Virus record (IMG/VR): IMGVR_UViG_3300037502_000580
Span: 1 to 64,000 of that record
Length of the DNA stretch: 64,000 nt
Source: a virus
Reading direction: 5' to 3' (one strand)
Below are positions 20,719 through 30,195 of this stretch, piece by piece (position 1 is the stretch's first letter; every line of letters starts with the position of its first letter). Below the pieces are notes generated by a model that did not search any database, was not told the origin of the DNA, and saw nothing but the letters and a program-made list of their open reading frames with translations. The position numbers and the translations under genes are program-made.

Positions 20719-22510
20719 AATCTACCGGTAGTCCTTCAGCCCAATCGGGCACCCACCGCATGCACTCCTCAACATACTTCCTCGCTTCCGCGACCTCATA
20801 GTCTCGCACAAGAGTCATCACGGCGTCATGTACCGTCAGCACAACCCGGTACTTCTTAGAGATTCTAAGCATCTGTTCCCCAACCACGCATCGGGCCAAA
20901 CCCTGCACCACGTTCTCCACGACCTTGCCACCGTAGATGTAGATGTTCTTCTCCCGACGAGAATCGTAGGAATAGACAAGGCGACTGCCACCACCCACTA
21001 GCCCTTCGGTTCTGCTGGTTAGGTTGTTATAGATGAGCTTCAACTTACTTGGCAGCTCAAACCCGTTCTTAATGATCTTGATCACACCTTCTCTGCCAAA
21101 TCGTGTGTACTCGTCACTGATCATGGAATTGAGTGCGTTGTTGCCTTGCTCCCATAGATCGCGGATATGCGGATAGGAAGCACGATAGATTTTTATGATC
21201 CGCTCTGCCTCGCTCTCGCTGATGTCGATGCCCTGCAACTTGAGCATGAGGTGAAACTTCTTGTGACCCATGCCGTAGCCAGCACCCAGAATCACGGTCT
21301 TACCAAAGAACCGCTCCTCTTTGGTGATCTCTGATACATCTTTACCGTAGATCTTTGCCGCCATGATCTTGTAGACATCCTCACTGTTGGCAAAGGCGGT
21401 GACTAAATCCTTCTCCTCTGCCAGCCACGCTAGAGTACGCGCTTCGATCTGTGAAGAGTCGCAGTCGATGAAGGTGTAGCCCTCAGGTGCTATCAGTGAT
21501 GTCTTTATTGCCGTGTTGCCACGAGACGGCAGATTCTGCAGATTAACTTTATCCGAGCCACCCCAACGCCCAGTATGCGCCGCGTAATACTTCAGGGGTA
21601 CAGGCAACGCCCCACGCTTACCAATATTGATAAACCGCTGTGTCCTGGTCTCTTCAATCGTGGTCTTCACACCAAGCCTAGCGGCAACTAGGTTCTGTAC
21701 CGCAGGGTTCTCATGCTCTAAGAGTGCCTTGAAATCCCCATCTGTCTTGGCAAATGCCCAAGTCTGCTTGCCCGTACGTGCCGAGATCTTGGTGGGCGGC
21801 CTTACACCCAACGCAAGCAACGCCTCTGCAAACTTGTCATTGGACATGATGATGTCTTTGTGAGCTGCAGCGGCTTCAAGAAGGTCTGCCTTTTTGTCCT
21901 TCAACTCCTCCAGATACTTCTCAAGCATGGGCACATCGATCTGGATTACCGGCTCAGTGAACATCTTCACGGTCAAATCGATCAGCTTCAACTCTTTAAC
22001 CGGGAAGCCTTCGTTGAGGATATGGAAGAGTTTGTAGGTTAGGTCAACGTCGTTCTTGCAATACTCCCCATACTGAGCAAGGTCAGCGGCAGAAAACATG
22101 AACCGCTTCTTGCCCATGGCGTTCACAACTTCCGTACCCTTCACACCAATCTCATACCGTTCAGCCAAGGCTTTCAAGCTACCACCCGCATCGACCCCGT
22201 GTATCGGGCGTGCCATGGATAACGTGTCAAGCCATGCCTTGGGTCTGAGGTTGAAGTGCCAGTTAAGAATAGCCCCATCAAAGATGGCATTGTGGGCAAG
22301 AGCAAAAGAATTGGCCCAGTCGTATTGCATGAGGAACTCTTTTATCTCAGCATGCGAACCACTGAACCACACTGCCTCTCCATCATCTTCCTGCACTGCT
22401 ACGCCTATGACTTCAAATCTTGGGTCGCGTACGTATTCTTCTGTGGTCTGGGTACGAAACCCGATGTCTCGGTCGTAGTAAGTCTCAAAGTCAATCGTTA
22501 GAATTTTCAT
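20681..22510 (-). CDS. polA: DNA polymerase family A with 3'-5' exonuclease
   Basis: IDFET, HNAIFD, YCKND, TGRW, NLQNLP, DSSQIEAR (motif A), RFFGKTVILGAGYG (B), TVHDA (C). Confidence 0.93.
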   Translation of the reverse strand: MKILTIDFETYYDRDIGFRTQTTEEYVRDPRFEVIGVAVQEDDGEAVWFSGSHAEIKEFLMQYDWANSFALAHNAIFDGAILNWHFNLRPKAWLDTLSMARPIHGVDAGGSLKALAERYEIGVKGTEVVNAMGKKRFMFSAADLAQYGEYCKNDVDLTYKLFHILNEGFPVKELKLIDLTVKMFTEPVIQIDVPMLEKYLEELKDKKADLLEAAAAHKDIIMSNDKFAEALLALGVRPPTKISARTGKQTWAFAKTDGDFKALLEHENPAVQNLVAARLGVKTTIEETRTQRFINIGKRGALPVPLKYYAAHTGRWGGSDKVNLQNLPSRGNTAIKTSLIAPEGYTFIDCDSSQIEARTLAWLAEEKDLVTAFANSEDVYKIMAAKIYGKDVSEITKEERFFGKTVILGAGYGMGHKKFHLMLKLQGIDISESEAERIIKIYRASYPHIRDLWEQGNNALNSMISDEYTRFGREGVIKIIKNGFELPSKLKLIYNNLTSRTEGLVGGGSRLVYSYDSRREKNIYIYGGKVVENVVQGLARCVVGEQMLRISKKYRVVLTVHDAVMTLVRDYEVAEARKYVEECMRWVPDWAEGLPVDCESGIGKNYGEC

Positions 22511-22519
22511 CTGCTCTCT

Positions 22520-22894
22520 TTAGGATAGTTCCCACTCAACGAAAGTCTCACCCTTGTGCTGATATATGCAGAGGTCGCCTACGGTTGATGGGGTGTTGTC
22601 AGCTTCCTCGTCTGTCTTGCCGCCTTGGCAGTTCTCGCACCAGAAAGATATACGTAGCCCGTGCCGCCTGTAACTAGGGTTTAGAGTCAGGTCATTGCTA
22701 ATAGTTTCATCCTGGGTGTACTCAAAATTACTGACCGTGACCTTTGTCTGGTCTTCATCCTCGCCTCTAAAGAAGGTCTGGACTTCGCCTTGGTGTAGGT
22801 ATGTACCCGAGCATACTGGGCAGATCAGACGTTCTTCACTGTCACTGTCGCCATACCCAAGCGTTGCCGGTAGTCTAGTTCTGCCCATTTTCAC
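22520..22894 (-). CDS. Hypothetical Zn-binding protein
   Basis: CPVC...YLHQ, NPS.RRHG, FWCENC, QHKGET. Confidence 0.6.
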   Translation of the reverse strand: MKMGRTRLPATLGYGDSDSEERLICPVCSGTYLHQGEVQTFFRGEDEDQTKVTVSNFEYTQDETISNDLTLNPSYRRHGLRISFWCENCQGGKTDEEADNTPSTVGDLCIYQHKGETFVEWELS

Positions 22895-23126
22895 ACTCCT
22901 CTATAAGTTTGTTTAGATACCACTGAGCCTTTTTGAGATCTTGCAGTGCATCATCTTTGTAACCCGTGCGGGACAGGTATTTTATTGCAGTCAACCTCAG
23001 GTGCCCCTTGAATTCTTCTGGTGTTGACTTGGCCTTCATGTAGTCAATCGTCTCAATGCCACCAACCTTGTAGTGTGGTGGGTGGTTGACTGCATCTACT
23101 TCGTACGGCACACCACTCACTTTCAT
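22875..23126 (-). CDS. DUF3310 (SaV / T7 gp1.7-like) protein
   Basis: DAVNHPPHY..GGIETID...KYL.R..QDLKKAQWYL. Confidence 0.88.
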   Translation of the reverse strand: MKVSGVPYEVDAVNHPPHYKVGGIETIDYMKAKSTPEEFKGHLRLTAIKYLSRTGYKDDALQDLKKAQWYLNKLIEECENGQN

Positions 23127-23128
23127 GC

Positions 23129-23392
23129 TTACTCCTTCACTGGTTGACGTTCGGCCCACATGTTCATGCAGGTCTGCTCTAACTCTAGGCTGGGCGGGTT
23201 TGTCTTGAGTGAATCCTTCAACCCCATGCGATATGCCTCTACTACATCTTTGGGCATACGCACCGCGCTAGGATCTGGGGACGCTGTTAGCCGATCAAAC
23301 ACAAGCACCACTAACACCGTAACCATTGCGCCAAAGATAGCGCCACTCCAGTACGTACCGTTTTGTATTTTGTAGTCAAGCCTTGTCTGCAT
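23129..23392 (-). CDS. Hypothetical membrane-anchored protein
   Basis: One hydrophobic segment; coupled in operon. Confidence 0.55.
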   Translation of the reverse strand: MQTRLDYKIQNGTYWSGAIFGAMVTVLVVLVFDRLTASPDPSAVRMPKDVVEAYRMGLKDSLKTNPPSLELEQTCMNMWAERQPVKE

Positions 23393-23730
23393 TATTCTTC
23401 CCCCTTAAATTTCATTAACACTTTTTCAAGCCCCTCTCTTTCTGTGACTTCTATCAATTTCAGGCTAGAAGAGGAAAGGCATTTTTTAGTTTCTATGTCA
23501 TAAAGGGAGCCGGTGATGGCATCCATAAGGAAAGTCTTTTTGCTGGGGTCTGTGCCAATGTATACCGGCGTCATTATTCTTTCCCCCATGGTAGTTGTCC
23601 CAATCAAAAGTTGATGATCGCGTATCCACTCTTTTTTCTTGGACGTAATTCCGTTGGGTGCAAAATAATCGAGACTGTAAAGATTGTGGGAATCAGCGAT
23701 TCTTATGGGCACATCACTTGTGATCTTCAT
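23392..23730 (-). CDS. Hypothetical protein
   Basis: MDAITGSLYD motif; overlapping start/stop with neighbours. Confidence 0.6.
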   Translation of the reverse strand: MKITSDVPIRIADSHNLYSLDYFAPNGITSKKKEWIRDHQLLIGTTTMGERIMTPVYIGTDPSKKTFLMDAITGSLYDIETKKCLSSSSLKLIEVTEREGLEKVLMKFKGEE

Positions 23731-23939
23731 GTGTTCTTCCCCTTTGAAAAAACTTCTTTGCGTAACTTGTCGTACTCATCTTGTAAATCTGCTATCCAAT
23801 CCTGAAGAATATCTAACCCGACCACATCTTTTGGCAAGTTTGGCAATAACCTAACCTGACCTTCTTCTTTATTCATGTCGTAAAACAAACTCCCATGTAT
23901 TAAGTATTTCTCTGGGTAGCTAAAGCTATGCCTTTTCAT
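23727..23939 (-). CDS. Hypothetical protein
   Basis: LDILQDWIADL motif; RBS GGAGAAG. Confidence 0.55.
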   Translation of the reverse strand: MKRHSFSYPEKYLIHGSLFYDMNKEEGQVRLLPNLPKDVVGLDILQDWIADLQDEYDKLRKEVFSKGKNT

Positions 23940-24165
23940 TGTTCTTCTCCTCCTTATCTCTACCATCCCACCCTGACTGAAACCCCGCATCCCACGCCTT
24001 GGCCCAGGCTATGCACCACAGTTCGTATGAACCATCCAGCGGGAACTTAAAGTCCTCCTTACCTTTCATCATCGCCTTAACATCTTTGCGTCTGATGAAC
24101 TTATCCCACGCTTGGTCGCGCTCTTTGTTCAGCATGGGTACATCATCAAATAGTCCTTTGCTCAT
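23926..24165 (-). CDS. Hypothetical protein
   Basis: Coupled ORF in operon. Confidence 0.55.
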   Translation of the reverse strand: MSKGLFDDVPMLNKERDQAWDKFIRRKDVKAMMKGKEDFKFPLDGSYELWCIAWAKAWDAGFQSGWDGRDKEEKNNEKA

Positions 24166-24494
24166 TTCTCACCCCTTGCTCGGATTGCTTTGGCGCACTC
24201 GTCAGAAGCGTCACCTTTCCAAAGAGCTTCATCACTACGACCGGGCCATGACATTTGTTCACACACCTTCGCACACGCCTCACGCTCATCAGCAACGGCT
24301 TTTAACAATACTTTGCCAAAGTTATTTCTCTGACGTACTATTCGCCGCTCAAACTCTTCATTTACTTTCTCTCGCTCATTTTCTGCTATTAGTCTGGCGA
24401 ACTTCTGTAGGTCAAAATTTGACGCTCCATATGTAGATTTTTTTCTACCAATGCCAGCCTTCTCTGCCATCTCAAGGACTTCTTCTCTGTTCAC
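24162..24494 (-). CDS. Hypothetical protein (EREACAK family)
   Basis: EREACAKVCE...AIRARG motif common in proteobacterial phages. Confidence 0.65.
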   Translation of the reverse strand: MNREEVLEMAEKAGIGRKKSTYGASNFDLQKFARLIAENEREKVNEEFERRIVRQRNNFGKVLLKAVADEREACAKVCEQMSWPGRSDEALWKGDASDECAKAIRARGEK

Positions 24495-24688
24495 GTCGTT
24501 CTCCTCTCAATCAGGTTGAACGGGTCATGCCATTTATAAGTCACGGGTACAACTTCGTAATACAAAAACATATTGGATGGCCCACGTTTTTTTGCCATCA
24601 GTCCTGCCTCGACCTGTCTATCTAAGCGGCTACGGGCGGCTTTGAGCGAGATCTTTTTCTTCTTGGCGAAGTCTTTGATGGTCATCAT
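24491..24688 (-). CDS. Small winged-HTH-like protein
   Basis: TIKDFAKKKKISLKAARSRL..AGL; HDPF tail. Confidence 0.5.
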   Translation of the reverse strand: MMTIKDFAKKKKISLKAARSRLDRQVEAGLMAKKRGPSNMFLYYEVVPVTYKWHDPFNLIERRTT

Positions 24689-25008
24689 GTGCCGCGCCCC
24701 CTACTGCAAGGCCAGATAGCCTCCAACTTGTTACGAATAAGACTGTCTGCGGTGTAGTGCCGAGACGCAGGGTTATCTTCTAAATGCTTCTTGATGATGT
24801 CCTGCACCTGACCAGAAGTGATGCCGCTAGGTGGGCAGACTGTCACAGTCGTAAATGTATCGGTCACTCCCATGACGTAACCCAAAGCCAACATCTGACG
24901 CATGTTGCTCCCGTTCATATCGGACAAAAGGTTGTTACCAGACATGAACTCAGCCTGCGCCATTGCTGGCACGAACATCAGACTCAGAAGTAACTTTTTC
25001 ATTTCCAT
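24685..25008 (-). CDS. Rap1a-like immunity protein, secreted
   Basis: Signal peptide, SGN.L, GYVMGVTD, CPP, YL..NP..RH..A, WPC. Confidence 0.8.
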   Translation of the reverse strand: MEMKKLLLSLMFVPAMAQAEFMSGNNLLSDMNGSNMRQMLALGYVMGVTDTFTTVTVCPPSGITSGQVQDIIKKHLEDNPASRHYTADSLIRNKLEAIWPCSRGRGT

Positions 25009-25286
25009 TCCCCTATGAGATCCCTACCCTCATCGGTAACTGCAATGTAGTGACAACGCTCGTCCTGGCCTCTAACCCGAACATCCTTCACGTACTTGCG
25101 CCGCTTCAGCCTAGCCACGTACTTATGTGTAGTAGCCTGACTGGAGATCTTTTCCCGCAAGGCATCGTTGACTAACGTTTGAGTCAGCACCTCTTTGGGG
25201 TATGTGGTCATCTGCTCCAAGAGCATCAACTCTTTAAAATCTAACTTCTTTTCCTTAATGAATTTGAACGCTTGCATCGGTGTCAT
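24999..25286 (-). CDS. MarR-like winged-HTH protein
   Basis: SQATTHKYVARL...D.R...VTDEG. Confidence 0.65.
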   Translation of the reverse strand: MTPMQAFKFIKEKKLDFKELMLLEQMTTYPKEVLTQTLVNDALREKISSQATTHKYVARLKRRKYVKDVRVRGQDERCHYIAVTDEGRDLIGEWK

Positions 25287-25480
25287 TTCAGTAAAACTCC
25301 TCTAACGTATCGTTTATTACGGGATACCAGCACATCTTTAACTAACCCGGCTTTGATTAAGGCCACCATAGCTGCTCGTGCCGTATCGGTAGTGCAATCC
25401 ATACGCTCTGCAATGTCCCATGCAGTGACCGGGGTCTTGCGGGTACGTAGATACGGTAGAAGTTTGTCTGCCACACTCAT
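25283..25480 (-). CDS. Small winged-HTH protein
   Basis: TAWDIAERMDCTTDTARAAMVALIKAGLV. Confidence 0.7.
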   Translation of the reverse strand: MSVADKLLPYLRTRKTPVTAWDIAERMDCTTDTARAAMVALIKAGLVKDVLVSRNKRYVRGVLLK

Positions 25481-25599
25481 CAGAACGGTGCCTCTTCACA
25501 AGTAACCTTTGTCAGTTTTTGCTTTTCCTGGCTTGCAAAGTACTTCTGGACTAGCTTTCTTTCTTCCGGCGTCTTGAAGGGCCAATCCCATCTGTCCAT
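25480..25599 (-). CDS. Small hypothetical protein
   Basis: MDRWDWPF...EEAPF; stop overlaps next start. Confidence 0.45.
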   Translation of the reverse strand: MDRWDWPFKTPEERKLVQKYFASQEKQKLTKVTCEEAPF

Positions 25600-25930
25600 C
25601 GTAAGGCCCGAGGGGTGCATATGTTGTGGGAAATTTTTCAAGTGGTGGGGCTTCGCTGTTTCCTGTGATTGCATGTTTAAGCATCGCTTCCTTGAGTCGT
25701 GTCCGTTCAACATCTTGGTAGTACTCTCGTATCGCCCAAGACACAAATTTAGATTCCAATTTCGTAAGTGCCATTTTTGATATGTCTGATCCGTTAGTGG
25801 ATAACACTCTCCTGCGTATAAAGAACTCAGGCAGGCGACCACTCTCATACAACACCCGTAGCTCACCACAAAACAGACTATCTGGCAAGTAGCTAAAGGC
25901 TTTTAGTAAAAATTTGACCGGCATTATCAA
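25496..25930 (-). CDS. Hypothetical protein
   Basis: GGAGG RBS upstream; 3' end overlaps the small ORF. Confidence 0.5.
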   Translation of the reverse strand: MIMPVKFLLKAFSYLPDSLFCGELRVLYESGRLPEFFIRRRVLSTNGSDISKMALTKLESKFVSWAIREYYQDVERTRLKEAMLKHAITGNSEAPPLEKFPTTYAPLGPYDGQMGLALQDAGRKKASPEVLCKPGKAKTDKGYL

Positions 25931-25960
25931 GTGATCGCCTCCATACTGTTAGGTTGAGGT

Positions 25961-26170
25961 TTACGCCAGCTTGCGGGGCCGCCCCGGCTTGCGCTTAGCG
26001 GGTTTGGCTGGACTTGTCACGTTGTGACGGGCTAATACGTGGGCGAACTCGTCTTTAGTTACAGGTTGCCATGCTGTTGCCTTGTTAGCTGTACGCACCT
26101 GGGTCTCAAGCCCATCGGCGTAGCGGCATAGCGCCTCAATAATGATCTCGTATCGCGTCTTTTCATTCAT
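25961..26170 (-). CDS. Hypothetical protein with AT-hook-like tail
   Basis: KRKPGRPRK C-terminus; GAGG RBS. Confidence 0.65.
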   Translation of the reverse strand: MNEKTRYEIIIEALCRYADGLETQVRTANKATAWQPVTKDEFAHVLARHNVTSPAKPAKRKPGRPRKLA

Positions 26171-26225
26171 CTTTTTATCCTCTCAGGGAACTGGTTTCAG
26201 GTGTTCATCGCAAAATTTACGCACG

Positions 26226-26251
26226 AAAAAAATCCCAGCGTATAGCTGGGA
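26226..26251 (-). terminator. Intrinsic terminator
   Basis: TCCCAGC-N5-GCTGGGA plus T7 on - strand. Confidence 0.75.
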
Positions 26252-26274
26252 CTGGGCAGTTTCTGAAAAGTTCC
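26247..26274 (-). promoter_or_regulatory. Possible ECF/sigmaE-type promoter
   Basis: GGAACTT-N15-GTCCCA directly abutting the palindrome at 26275. Confidence 0.4.
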
Positions 26275-26388
26275 GTCACATTGTGACGATTAGGCGAATA
26301 AAAATAGGTGTGGGGTCAACTCTCTGGAGACACGGAAAATGATCTAACCGTAAAAGGAAAGCCCCCCACTGCGGGTGTTGTTCGCATG

Positions 26389-26718
26389 TCAACACGTCAC
26401 CTCCCGCTGGACGCCACCGCTATCAATTCTGTCCAACAACTCAATAAGGTTTGTTATGTCCTCCCGCACGACGAGAGCCTCGCCCCCGGCATTACGAATA
26501 TCCTGTAAATGTTTATCCTGCAGGGCTGTAGTTTGCCCCTTACCTGCTTTGCACTCAATACCTACAAACCTACCCTTGTAGCAAACCAAGATGTCGGGGA
26601 CGCCTGCATTGCCAAACCCACCAGCAACCGGCATGGCATAGTAAGCGCCCCGCTCCTTGAGAAGTTTAGTTACTCGGGCTTTGACTTTCGCTTCTGGGGT
26701 CAACGAAGTTATCTCCAA
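26389..26718 (-). CDS. VRR-NUC nuclease / Holliday junction resolvase
   Basis: TPEAKVK, GVPDIL, FVGIECK, TALQ. Confidence 0.88.
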   Translation of the reverse strand: MEITSLTPEAKVKARVTKLLKERGAYYAMPVAGGFGNAGVPDILVCYKGRFVGIECKAGKGQTTALQDKHLQDIRNAGGEALVVREDITNLIELLDRIDSGGVQREVTC

Positions 26719-27625
26719 TCAGCACATACGCATTACACATAGTGCCTTGAATCATACCGACACCCGGAACGCTCATGTCTCTGCTTGTCGTGGGTACTAT
26801 ATCTAAGACAGCCATGGAGCCAAGAATATCCGCAGGGAGATTACTTTTCCCGATAACCTTGTCGAACAAATAGTCTTTGCTACCGTTTGTCACAATGTGA
26901 CGAACAACTGTGAACTTCTCACCAGGAGACTCGACAACGAGAACGCTGTGCTTCATAAGTTCTGCACGCGCAGCCTTGGCTTCGTCTATCTTGGCAAAGG
27001 CTTCTTCAAAGCAACGCTTGATAGACTTACCCTCAACCGTCTCGATGCCATCACCCCCACACAAAAGGCTACGCATGACCCGAGTCTGCGTCTCAGCGTT
27101 CATGTAATACAACTTACGCACGAGATTGTCTATCTCACTCTCGCTCTTAGTGAACTCCGAACTCTTGTCGATGAATGTACTCGCATTACTCTTTAAGTAC
27201 TCAGCCAGTGAGGACTGTGCTGTCGGTCGAAGCGCGTGAACATACTTATGTATAGCGTTCCGATCCAGCGTACGCCTGACATTGAACGGACGACGGGTCT
27301 GCACATCGTAGTCAAACCGAATCTGCAACTGTGGTTTTTTCCTCTCGCTACCATCGGGCCTGTGAATACAGAAGCCACCAACATCTTTGTACTCACTGAA
27401 GATAACGACATCGCTGATGCGTCGCCGGTCTGAATCAAAATTAACACGATCAAAACTGACACGCACAAAGAACTCATCATTCTTGGGGTGGGTAAGCAAT
27501 GCCTCCATACCCGTACGCATCAACATGTTCTCCTCTGACACATCAAGGTCTGGACGCCCAAAGATAGCCCTCACGGTCTGGATAGTAATGGGGCAAATCA
27601 TTTCCTGCTCGGCTGCTTGTCGCAT
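26666..27625 (-). CDS. Hypothetical protein
   Basis: 319 aa ORF with AAGGAG RBS. Confidence 0.7.
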   Translation of the reverse strand: MRQAAEQEMICPITIQTVRAIFGRPDLDVSEENMLMRTGMEALLTHPKNDEFFVRVSFDRVNFDSDRRRISDVVIFSEYKDVGGFCIHRPDGSERKKPQLQIRFDYDVQTRRPFNVRRTLDRNAIHKYVHALRPTAQSSLAEYLKSNASTFIDKSSEFTKSESEIDNLVRKLYYMNAETQTRVMRSLLCGGDGIETVEGKSIKRCFEEAFAKIDEAKAARAELMKHSVLVVESPGEKFTVVRHIVTNGSKDYLFDKVIGKSNLPADILGSMAVLDIVPTTSRDMSVPGVGMIQGTMCNAYVLIGDNFVDPRSESQSPSN

Positions 27626-27636
27626 TGTGACACTCC

Positions 27637-28533
27637 TTAGAATGAAAACTTGTTGATGATGTCGTTGACACGGGCATGCACATCAGTGCGAACCAGCACA
27701 GACTCACGAAGATCTTTAGCCGTGATGCCTAGCATGGCCTGCTCCAACTCTCGGCGTGCCTCCTCCAGTCGTGGGTCGTTCGCAATGTTTAGCGAAGACA
27801 GGAGCGCACACATCTCCTGCGTGTTGGTAACGAGCGAGTCACGGAATACTTTCTTCTCCCCACCATCATCAACAGCCAAACGCTCAGAAAGATGTTTAAG
27901 GGTGGTGTGCAGTCTGTCCCACACATCCTGCATCGCCTCCTGCATCTTGGCCTGGAAGTGCGTCTCGTACTGCGCGGTCAACTCTGCCTGCATCTCGTTG
28001 CTCACATCAACACGGAAGTCACCGGACGACGGCAGTGGGTAGTAGTTCACATTGAAGTAGAACTTGCGATCCACCTCGGACTGCGTTGGGTACTCGTCTG
28101 CGTTAAACATGTCACCGAGTTCAAAGGCAACCGCAGACTTTAGCGTCGGGTAGACTGTCACAAAGTGACGCTTCAAGTCGTGCAGTTCGGTTAACTTCTC
28201 ATTGGCTATCGTCACATAGTTCAGATAGTTCTTCATTGGCAGAAGACGGATGCCGCTATCCAGCCAGGGTATAGTCTGCGTGTAGTGCCAATTACGAAAC
28301 GCGCCGACTGCCTTCTTCAGGTCGTCATGCTCTTTGACCCCAGGCAATAAGTTCTTACTGTAATTACCAGCACGGCTCTTGGCGTTCTTGTTCTGCGCCA
28401 CCTCCTCAGACACAGCGCGGTCAGTCTTACGGGCCTGCCAGAACCCGATGTTGAGTTCGACAAGCATTGATTGGTTAATCATTGCGGTTACGTTGCTTGG
28501 GTTCAAGCTCATGTTTGTTTGCGTGGTTTGCAT
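27637..28533 (-). CDS. DUF3150-like protein
   Basis: W..RK.D, T.PW...G.RLLP, F...YP, FRDS motifs; typical neighbour of phage AAA/VWA pairs. Confidence 0.6.
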   Translation of the reverse strand: MQTTQTNMSLNPSNVTAMINQSMLVELNIGFWQARKTDRAVSEEVAQNKNAKSRAGNYSKNLLPGVKEHDDLKKAVGAFRNWHYTQTIPWLDSGIRLLPMKNYLNYVTIANEKLTELHDLKRHFVTVYPTLKSAVAFELGDMFNADEYPTQSEVDRKFYFNVNYYPLPSSGDFRVDVSNEMQAELTAQYETHFQAKMQEAMQDVWDRLHTTLKHLSERLAVDDGGEKKVFRDSLVTNTQEMCALLSSLNIANDPRLEEARRELEQAMLGITAKDLRESVLVRTDVHARVNDIINKFSF

Positions 28534-28547
28534 GGTTCTCTCCAGAG

Positions 28548-29768
28548 TTAAAGTTTGATTACCTTGCCGGGGAAGTTCCCGACCCTACCTTTACTGCTAA
28601 TCACCCAGACCGTAGGCGGCATGCCGCTCCAGTCACCTACATCACCAACCTCTCCATCAGTAAAGATGACCAAAGCCTGACTTGTCACTTTGTGACAGAG
28701 CATGTACTCCCTAACGCAACCAACTGTCGTGCCTCCACCTCCTTCCGGTTTAGTAGACTGCGGGATGCTGTCTATCTGATCTTGCGTATAGATCTCGTGC
28801 TTGCACACTGTCGTGTCCCAATACAGCAGATGAATCTTCTCGGGCTGCACTATCTTGCAGATGCCCACCAACTCAGAGAGGAACTCGATAAGTTCAGACT
28901 GCCCGATAGATCCTGACATGTCAGTGGCAATCGTTATCGACTCCATCGACTCCGAGATCGATGTTGGCATGTACATGTCCTGAGACACGAACCTTCTGTT
29001 AGGACGCCGCCATGACGAGTCACTGCGTGCGGCACATGTTGAGATCATGAATTCCCTAAGAAGTTCATACGGGTTAAGTTTAGGTTCCAACAAGTCAGCG
29101 AAGTCTCGTTGTCCACCCGAGCCAGCCTCTCCCTTCTTCTTAAGTAAGATCTCGCCTTGCCGGAGCGCCTGATCAATCTTGCGCTCAACTTCCTTGCGCT
29201 CCTCTTCATTCCAAGACTCTGCACTTTGCCAATCGTGTTCATCAAACCCTCCGCTGTTATCGCCATCACCGTCGTCACCATCATCGCCGTCGTCGCCGTC
29301 GTCGTCGCCGTCATCTTCATCTTGTTCCTGCATTAAGATGTCAAAGACTTGTCGGGCATCCATACCCTCAAACCGCTTGTCCATGCACCCATTCGCAGGC
29401 ATCTGGGCAACTTCTCCATACGGGTCGTACTTAGTGATCTGCAGGTTGATGACATGATCGCAGGCGGCATTGGCGATCTTGGGGTTCTGCTCGTAGAGGT
29501 TGCGCCACACCAGCATATGTTTGTAGGCCTTGTGCCAATTCTCATGCAGCACCAGGAAGTTCAACTCTTTGTCGGTCAGACTTGTCACAAAGTGACGCCC
29601 GTACTGAGTGTTCAGCCCGTCAGTCCGTGCTGTCATCTTGGGGTTGTCCACGACCTCGGTCTTGCCAGAGACAAGAATCCCCGACATAAGAATAAACTTC
29701 TTATGCGCCATGAGCGTCACATGCGCTCTGTGCAGGCGTTGTTCAGCCGTTAGTTTTGAAAGATCCAT
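28548..29768 (-). CDS. Metallopeptidase-like + VWA domain protein (DUF2201 type)
   Basis: HENWH, N.A.D..IN, acidic linker, MIDAS DMSGS, GGGGT, FTDG. Confidence 0.85.
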   Translation of the reverse strand: MDLSKLTAEQRLHRAHVTLMAHKKFILMSGILVSGKTEVVDNPKMTARTDGLNTQYGRHFVTSLTDKELNFLVLHENWHKAYKHMLVWRNLYEQNPKIANAACDHVINLQITKYDPYGEVAQMPANGCMDKRFEGMDARQVFDILMQEQDEDDGDDDGDDGDDGDDGDGDNSGGFDEHDWQSAESWNEEERKEVERKIDQALRQGEILLKKKGEAGSGGQRDFADLLEPKLNPYELLREFMISTCAARSDSSWRRPNRRFVSQDMYMPTSISESMESITIATDMSGSIGQSELIEFLSELVGICKIVQPEKIHLLYWDTTVCKHEIYTQDQIDSIPQSTKPEGGGGTTVGCVREYMLCHKVTSQALVIFTDGEVGDVGDWSGMPPTVWVISSKGRVGNFPGKVIKL

Positions 29769-29782
29769 CTGTATCTCCTCAA

Positions 29783-30175
29783 TTAATTAACACGAAGTAT
29801 CGTGATCTCAGTTCTGTCTGCATTGAATTCAGTCAGGTAGTTCTTAGACCCAAACAATCTACGACCCGAATTGCACACGACCGAACGCATAGTGTCTGGG
29901 TGGTACTTGCATGGGATAGTCGCTGTCTGCCCAGGCTCAAGCGGGGCGATGTACTCATTAACATACTCAGACGGCTCACCCCTCTTTGCTTCAGGGTTGC
30001 GGGTTGCGACACGCGCAGGCTTCTCCTTCTTTTTCTTCTGCGGTTCGATGACCCCATCGGGGTCATGCACGATAACTTCTCCGTCAGCCAGCACGACTTT
30101 GAACGAGGCTCCGCTGTTGCGTAGGAAGGCGAGTTGCGTCTCGGTTGCTTTACGAACGATGCTTGTGATTGCCAT
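29783..30175 (-). CDS. Hypothetical protein
   Basis: 130 aa with GAGGAG RBS, between AAA and VWA genes. Confidence 0.7.
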   Translation of the reverse strand: MAITSIVRKATETQLAFLRNSGASFKVVLADGEVIVHDPDGVIEPQKKKKEKPARVATRNPEAKRGEPSEYVNEYIAPLEPGQTATIPCKYHPDTMRSVVCNSGRRLFGSKNYLTEFNADRTEITILRVN

Positions 30176-30195
30176 GACTGTATCTCCTCAATTAG

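Noticed and set aside
28550-28580. Additional sigmaE promoter (GGAACTT...TCAAA)
   Set aside because: Spacer 2-3 nt shorter than the other copies and lies inside a CDS
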